Source: an uncultured Spirochaetota bacterium (lineage in GTDB: Bacteria; Spirochaetota; Spirochaetia; SZUA-6; Fen-1364). From it: a DNA stretch of 64,000 nt. The notes beneath the pieces were generated by a model. It did not search any database. It saw nothing but the letters and a program-made list of their open reading frames with translations, and had not been told where the DNA came from. A program made the position numbers and the translations under genes. This document shows positions 59,406-64,000 of this stretch, piece after piece; position 1 is the stretch's first letter; each line of letters starts with the position of its first letter. The stretch is taken from contig CAWGAC010000008.1 of assembly GCA_963820435.1 (NCBI GenBank), positions 6,497-70,496 on the forward strand, read 5' to 3'.

Positions 59406-60428
59406 ATGAAAACACATCCGCTCCCATCCGCTGAGGGAGGCCCGAGCGACGAAGAGCTCATGCAGGAGCTCGCCCGAAAAAGGCCGGGGGCCCTCCAGCC
59501 GCTCTTTGCGCGCTACGCGCCCCTTGTTTTCCACATTGCCTCCCAGAGTCTCGATCCCGGGTCCGCGGAGGATATCGTGCAGGACGTCTTCCTCGGACTC
59601 TGGCGCAAGGCGGACACATACGATCCCCGAAGGGGCGCGCTGCGGCCCTGGCTTCTCCAGATCGCCCATTTTCGGATCCTCAATGAGCTTCGCGCCCGCA
59701 GCCGCAGGCCGCAGCTGGACCCCGACGTTGACCCGGACGTGGTGGACGAGCTTCCCGATACGACCGCGGAGCCCGTGGAAGCGGCCTGGCAGGCGTACAG
59801 GCAGGAAGCGGTCCGCGCGGCGGTGGAACGGCTGCCGCCCGCGCAACGCCAGGCATTGAGCCTCGCGTTTTTCGATGAGCTCACCCACGACCAGGTGGCC
59901 GTTGCGCTGAATCTTCCCCTGGGCACCGTGAAGACACGGATCCGGGCAGGGGTGCAGAAGCTGCGCTACATCCTTGCGCCCCTTGGCGTGGCCGCTGTCG
60001 CCATCGCCCTGCTCATCGGCGTCGGAGTGCGGTTCAACCAGCAGCGCATCATCGCGCAGCGTCATGAGCGCGCGCTCTCCATGGCCACGGCAAGCGATAT
60101 CACCACTCTGCACATACCGGCTGTTCCCGGCATACCGGCCGCCACGCACGGCTCATACCGCGGCAGGCCCGGGACCCCGCTGGGCATCATTGCGCTGCAC
60201 AACTTCGCCCCGGCGCCGGCAGGAAGGACGTACCAGGCCTGGGTCCTTCACCGTGGTACGTGGACCTCCATGGGCACGTTCGCCCCGGATTCGGCGGGGG
60301 AGGGGCTGCTCGTGGCCGAAGGAAAGGCGTTCATGGAGCTTCCCGAGGAAGTGAAAGTAACGCAGGAGCCAAGGGGAGGGAGTCCCGTCCCCGCCGGCCC
60401 TGAGGTGATCGGTTGGCAGGCAAAATAG
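59406..60428 (+). CDS. ECF sigma factor (SigK-like) fused through one TM helix to an RskA-like extracytoplasmic domain
   Basis: Sigma2 (AEDIVQDVF..LW) and sigma4 (LPPAQRQAL...GTVKTRIR), then LGVAAVAIALLIGVGV (TM), then YQAWV...VTQEP.GGS..P (RskA C-terminal pattern), all in one frame. Confidence 0.8.
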   Translation: MKTHPLPSAEGGPSDEELMQELARKRPGALQPLFARYAPLVFHIASQSLDPGSAEDIVQDVFLGLWRKADTYDPRRGALRPWLLQIAHFRILNELRARSRRPQLDPDVDPDVVDELPDTTAEPVEAAWQAYRQEAVRAAVERLPPAQRQALSLAFFDELTHDQVAVALNLPLGTVKTRIRAGVQKLRYILAPLGVAAVAIALLIGVGVRFNQQRIIAQRHERALSMATASDITTLHIPAVPGIPAATHGSYRGRPGTPLGIIALHNFAPAPAGRTYQAWVLHRGTWTSMGTFAPDSAGEGLLVAEGKAFMELPEEVKVTQEPRGGSPVPAGPEVIGWQAK

Positions 60429-60500
60429 GGACTGACACCGCGGAGGTGCGGCGGTTCAGGCAGCGGGGCGCCGGACGGATGAAGAATCCGCGAGGCGCTC

Positions 60501-60830
60501 CTACAAATCTTCCTTGCCGCCGATCGAATGATACTCCTTTTCCTTCAGCTCGATCCGCGCGCGGAGACCCTCGATTTCCTTGAGCATGTCGCTGATCAAC
60601 GGAGTATCCCGGCTCACCGAGGTGCCGTTCTTTTCCACAAGGGCCCTGTAGACTTCGTTGCCGAGCCGGGCGATGACCTTTTCCGCGTGAGACTCGAGCT
60701 GCATGATTTCCAGCTTGACCATGCCCATGGCGCCGAGGTCTTTCGCCTTCTCGCCGGCTTTGCTGGCCAGGTCTTTCGTTGCCGCCACGCCCTTGTTGAT
60801 GATGCCCTGCATTTTTTCTGCGAATGTCAT
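60501..60830 (-). CDS. Hypothetical coiled-coil protein (109 aa)
   Basis: GGGAGCGG RBS; helical composition. Confidence 0.65.
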   Translation of the reverse strand: MTFAEKMQGIINKGVAATKDLASKAGEKAKDLGAMGMVKLEIMQLESHAEKVIARLGNEVYRALVEKNGTSVSRDTPLISDMLKEIEGLRARIELKEKEYHSIGGKEDL

Positions 60831-60846
60831 TTCCCGCTCCCTTCCT

Positions 60847-61125
60847 TCATTCCTTGCGGCCGGTAAGCTTGATGATATGGTAGCCGAACGATGTGGAGAC
60901 TGTGTCGCTGAGGGATCCCGATGAGAGCCTCTTGCAGGCCTCTTCGAATGCCGGCACCATCTTGCCGGGCCCGAACCACCCCAGGTCTCCGCCCCGGGAT
61001 TTCGACGGGCAGGTGGAATGCTCCCGGGCCATTGCTTCGAAACTCGCCCCCCGCTTGATTTTTCTCAACAGCTCGTCGGCCAGACGCTTGTCCCTCACCA
61101 GTATGTGACTTGCACGCCATTCCAT
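60847..61125 (-). CDS. ppiC: Parvulin-type peptidyl-prolyl isomerase
   Basis: ASHILV, FEAMAREHSTCPS..RGGDLGWF, MVPAFE and FGYHII. Confidence 0.92.
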   Translation of the reverse strand: MEWRASHILVRDKRLADELLRKIKRGASFEAMAREHSTCPSKSRGGDLGWFGPGKMVPAFEEACKRLSSGSLSDTVSTSFGYHIIKLTGRKE

Positions 61126-61166
61126 GAACTGAGCATATCAGAATCGGCCTTCGTGGGCCATCCCCG

Positions 61167-61745
61167 CTATTCCTCCTCCCGCCATACCGTCAGCTCCTGC
61201 CACGGCGTCCGAGGCCGCGCGGCGGGTGATTCATCCGCATACCCGATGCTGACCGCGGTCACGAGCTCCTCGCGCCGACCAAGCCAATTGCGGATGGCCG
61301 GGTATGCGTAGAGCAGATCACAGATCCACAGGCTGCCCAGGCCCAGGTCGTGCGCTGCCAGGAGCATTGTCTGGACCATCCCGCCGATGGATTGAATATC
61401 AGGAGCGTTGTAGGTCGGATGCGCGGAGATGATGTCGTCATGCATGTACGCTGAATTGAATATCACGATGGTGAGGGGCGCCTCGGCCACGATTCGAGCC
61501 GAGTTTCTGCAACTGCCTGTCTTTTCGCCCCGTGATTCCATAAGATCGGCGCCCTCCCTCATGAGCCGGGCGAGCTTTTCGTTCGCCGCTCCCTGCAGCA
61601 CGACGAACCGCCACGGCTGGCGATTTTTTGCCGAGGGCGCCAGTACGGCAGCGGCAAGGACCTTCTCGACGAGCTCCCGCGGCACCGGCGTACTTTTGAA
61701 CCTGCGGATGCTGCGCCTGCGGGATATTGCTTCCATCAGTTCCAT
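61167..61745 (-). CDS. Nitroreductase family protein
   Basis: RRSIRRF, APSAKNRQPWRF and GLGSLW. Confidence 0.9.
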   Translation of the reverse strand: MELMEAISRRRSIRRFKSTPVPRELVEKVLAAAVLAPSAKNRQPWRFVVLQGAANEKLARLMREGADLMESRGEKTGSCRNSARIVAEAPLTIVIFNSAYMHDDIISAHPTYNAPDIQSIGGMVQTMLLAAHDLGLGSLWICDLLYAYPAIRNWLGRREELVTAVSIGYADESPAARPRTPWQELTVWREEE

Positions 61746-61935
61746 GGGGCGAGTGTGGGTGGGAATTCGGGAAATGGCAAGACCATCTGGCAAGCCGGCT
61801 ACAAGGGAGGCACATGCGCGCCGCTCTGGCATCGAGAACATTGAAATTTCATTATTGACATTTGATATGCGGAAGAGCAAAGATGAATGAATTAAATGTA
61901 AAGCACGTCGGCGTGATTATCTTCAACAAGGACCT

Positions 61936-62955
61936 ATGAGCAGGTCAAAGAATAACAACAAAACGGTTTCCTCGTGGCTGATCCCCGCCATATCCCTTGT
62001 CATTCTTGCACTTTTCGCCGGAGGCGCCTGGCTCTATGTGGTTCAGAGGGATCGCGTGCTGGCCGCAGCCGAAGAAAACCTCGATGCCATCGCGCGATTG
62101 AAGGTGGACCAGATCGTCCAGTGGCGGAACGAACGGCTGGGCGATGCCGCGGTGCTGATGGAGAATCCCTACTCTTCCGAGGCGCTCGCACGATGGATTT
62201 CGGGCAGCCGGGGCGACGGAACCGAGCAGGTTCTCGCTTTGTTCCGATCCCTGCGCGCGCACTATCGCTACAGCGACATCATTCTTGTCGACCCCAGCGG
62301 CCGAATGCTGCTCAGCCTGAATGGCCAGACTGGCAACCTCGGCAAGGAAGTATCTCAGGCCGTTGGTGACTCCCTGCGCGAACGGCGCCCCCTGCTCAGC
62401 GATCTGTACGCCGGTACCGGCGAGGGGGTTCCTCATCTCGATGCAATTGCCCTGTTGAGGGCCGGAAACGGGAATGACTCCAGAGCCCTCGGCGCCAAAT
62501 CCGCCGAGTACGTCGGCGCCGTTATCCTGAGGTGCGACGCCAAGGACTTTCTCTATCCTCTGCTCCAGTCATGGCCCTTGCCCAGCAGGAGCGGTGAAAC
62601 CCTGCTCGTCAGACGCGACGGGGGCGACGTGCTCTATTTGAACGATCTTCGTCACCAGGCACATACGGCGCTCTCGCTGCGCATCCCTTTGAGCCGGAAA
62701 GACACGCCGGCGGTCGCCGCCGTGATGGGTAAACAAGGCGTCTTCTATGGGAAGGATTATCGCGGGGTCCGGGTAATGGCGGCTCTCGCCTACCTTATCG
62801 CTGAGATGAAGCCCGGGCTGAAGATTCTTTTCATGTCCGGCTACACGGCCGACGTCATCGCGCACCAGGGCATTCTCGAGGAGGGGGTGAGCTTCGTGTC
62901 GAAACCTTTTTCGATGAACGCCCTGGCCGAAAAGGTCCGCGAGGTGCTAGGGTGA
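61936..62955 (+). pseudogene. Internally deleted hybrid sensor kinase: TM + Cache domain fused to the last third of a receiver domain
   Basis: Cache domain ends DYRGVRVMAAL and is followed directly by IAEMKPGLKILFMSGYT...KPFS (receiver C-terminus). TM2, kinase domains and the phospho-acceptor Asp are absent. Confidence 0.7.
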
Positions 62956-64000
62956 CGGCAGCAGGAGGCGGAAGGTGGACCCGGTGCCCGCCTCGCTTTC
63001 AACCTCGATCCTGCCCCCGTATTGGGAAACGGTGCTCTGGCTGACCGCAAGACTCAGGCCGACCCCTTTTATCTGGGACTGGCTTGTGTGCATGGGGGCC
63101 CATTCACCCTTGGTTGTAAAGAACGGCGTGAAGAGACGGGACAGATTCTCCGATGGGATGCCGCAACCGGTATCCTCCACTTCCAGCAGGGCATACCCGG
63201 GGACGCTTCCCGACCGGAGGGTGAGGACGCGAAGAGGTCGGTCGAGAAGCGCATCGAGAGAATTCGTCAGCAGGCTTGCAAAGATGAAATCGAGCTGGGC
63301 CCGATTGATTCGGAGCGGAGGGGTCTCGAGGAGGTCGAGGATCACCGTAACGCCCTGCGCCTCGATGCGCTTTTCGAAGAGCGGGAGCAGGGAACGGACG
63401 ATGTCATCGAGGCGGAAGGCCCCTTCCCCGGATTGCGCCGTCCCCGAGAGTCCCTGCAAACGGTCAGTGATATCCACCGCACGCTGCACGCCCTTCAAGG
63501 CTTCCCGCGCGTACAATCGTGCCTTGTCCGGAAGATCTCCCGACTGAAGGAGGACGTCGAGGTACCCCTTCACCACGGTATTGATGTTGTTGAATTGGTG
63601 GGCGATCCCGCCCGCCAGCGTGCCGAGGCTTTCCAGGCGTTGGGCGCGCATGATCTGCGCCTGGATCGCTTTTTGACCGGTGATGTCACGAGCGATCGAA
63701 GCGGTCCCCACCACCTCGCCGTCCGTATTTCGGATCGGCGAAAGGGCGAGGGAGACATGTATCAGCGTGCCGTCTTTTCGTCTTCGCTGAGTTTCGAAGC
63801 CCTCGATATGCTCTCCCCGCATAATCTTCCCCCTGAGCTCACGGGCCTCATCGTCGAGCTCGGGCGGCATAAACAGGGAGGAGGGTTTCCCGATGGTTTC
63901 CTTCGCGGTGTAGCCGAAGACATTCTCCGCCCCCTTGTTCCAGCTGGTGACGATTCTGTTCATGTCCAACCCCACGATTGCGTCCAGAGAGGATTCGACG
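62947..64000 (-). CDS. PAS-domain sensor histidine kinase (starts outside the window)
   Basis: PAS (WNKGAE.VFGY), GGIAHQFNN (H-box), NSLDA, DTGCGI, FFTTK and GVGLSL. Confidence 0.92.
   Translation of the reverse strand, partial: VESSLDAIVGLDMNRIVTSWNKGAENVFGYTAKETIGKPSSLFMPPELDDEARELRGKIMRGEHIEGFETQRRRKDGTLIHVSLALSPIRNTDGEVVGTASIARDITGQKAIQAQIMRAQRLESLGTLAGGIAHQFNNINTVVKGYLDVLLQSGDLPDKARLYAREALKGVQRAVDITDRLQGLSGTAQSGEGAFRLDDIVRSLLPLFEKRIEAQGVTVILDLLETPPLRINRAQLDFIFASLLTNSLDALLDRPLRVLTLRSGSVPGYALLEVEDTGCGIPSENLSRLFTPFFTTKGEWAPMHTSQSQIKGVGLSLAVSQSTVSQYGGRIEVESEAGTGSTFRLLLPSP

Noticed and set aside
1-64000. CRISPR array, rRNA, retron/reverse transcriptase, recognisable riboswitch
   Set aside because: No regularly spaced repeats, rRNA-like sequence, RT motifs or known aptamer signatures were seen by eye; a covariance-model scan was not possible.

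Overview
GC-rich bacterial DNA, most likely an environmental spirochaete (DUF2259 protein, a spirochaete-type conserved 557-aa protein and the MacB/LolA-like operon; this is inference). The window has two parts. (1) About 1-21,880 is an accessory island integrated at the 3' end of tRNA-Val(CAC), and its far end lies outside the window. Next to the tRNA is a satellite-like backbone: tyrosine integrase, unknown ORF, excisionase-type HTH, DUF2292-like peptide, an HTH replication initiator with an internal array of inverted 7-mer iterons (split by an intact 2,028-bp IS5-family element), and a terminase-small-subunit-like protein. No capsid or tail genes are present. Further left is defence cargo: a small alarmone hydrolase, an IS110 remnant, a Hachiman-like pair, an orphan gene, a RelA/SpoT-like fragment, and an SNF2-helicase / AIPR / DUF1156-methylase operon. 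(2) About 21,880-64,000 is core genome: aroF, proS, purSL/purQ, tRNA-Ala(GGC), lspA, Nif3, acyl-CoA dehydrogenase-EtfBA, a three-gene Rieske-less cytochrome b6 / subunit-IV-like module, a MacB/LolCDE-type ABC operon with LolA-like and outer-membrane partners, LhgO-like and G1P dehydrogenases, divergent cydAB and cydDC, an ECF sigma factor fused to an RskA-like anti-sigma domain, parvulin, a nitroreductase and sensor kinases. Many genes carry single-base frameshifts in clusters (0-6.7 kb, 38-42 kb). These look like sequencing or assembly indels, so gene limits were reconstructed by hand. The most interesting candidates are the Rieske-less cytochrome b module, the satellite-like defence island and the membrane-tethered ECF fusion.
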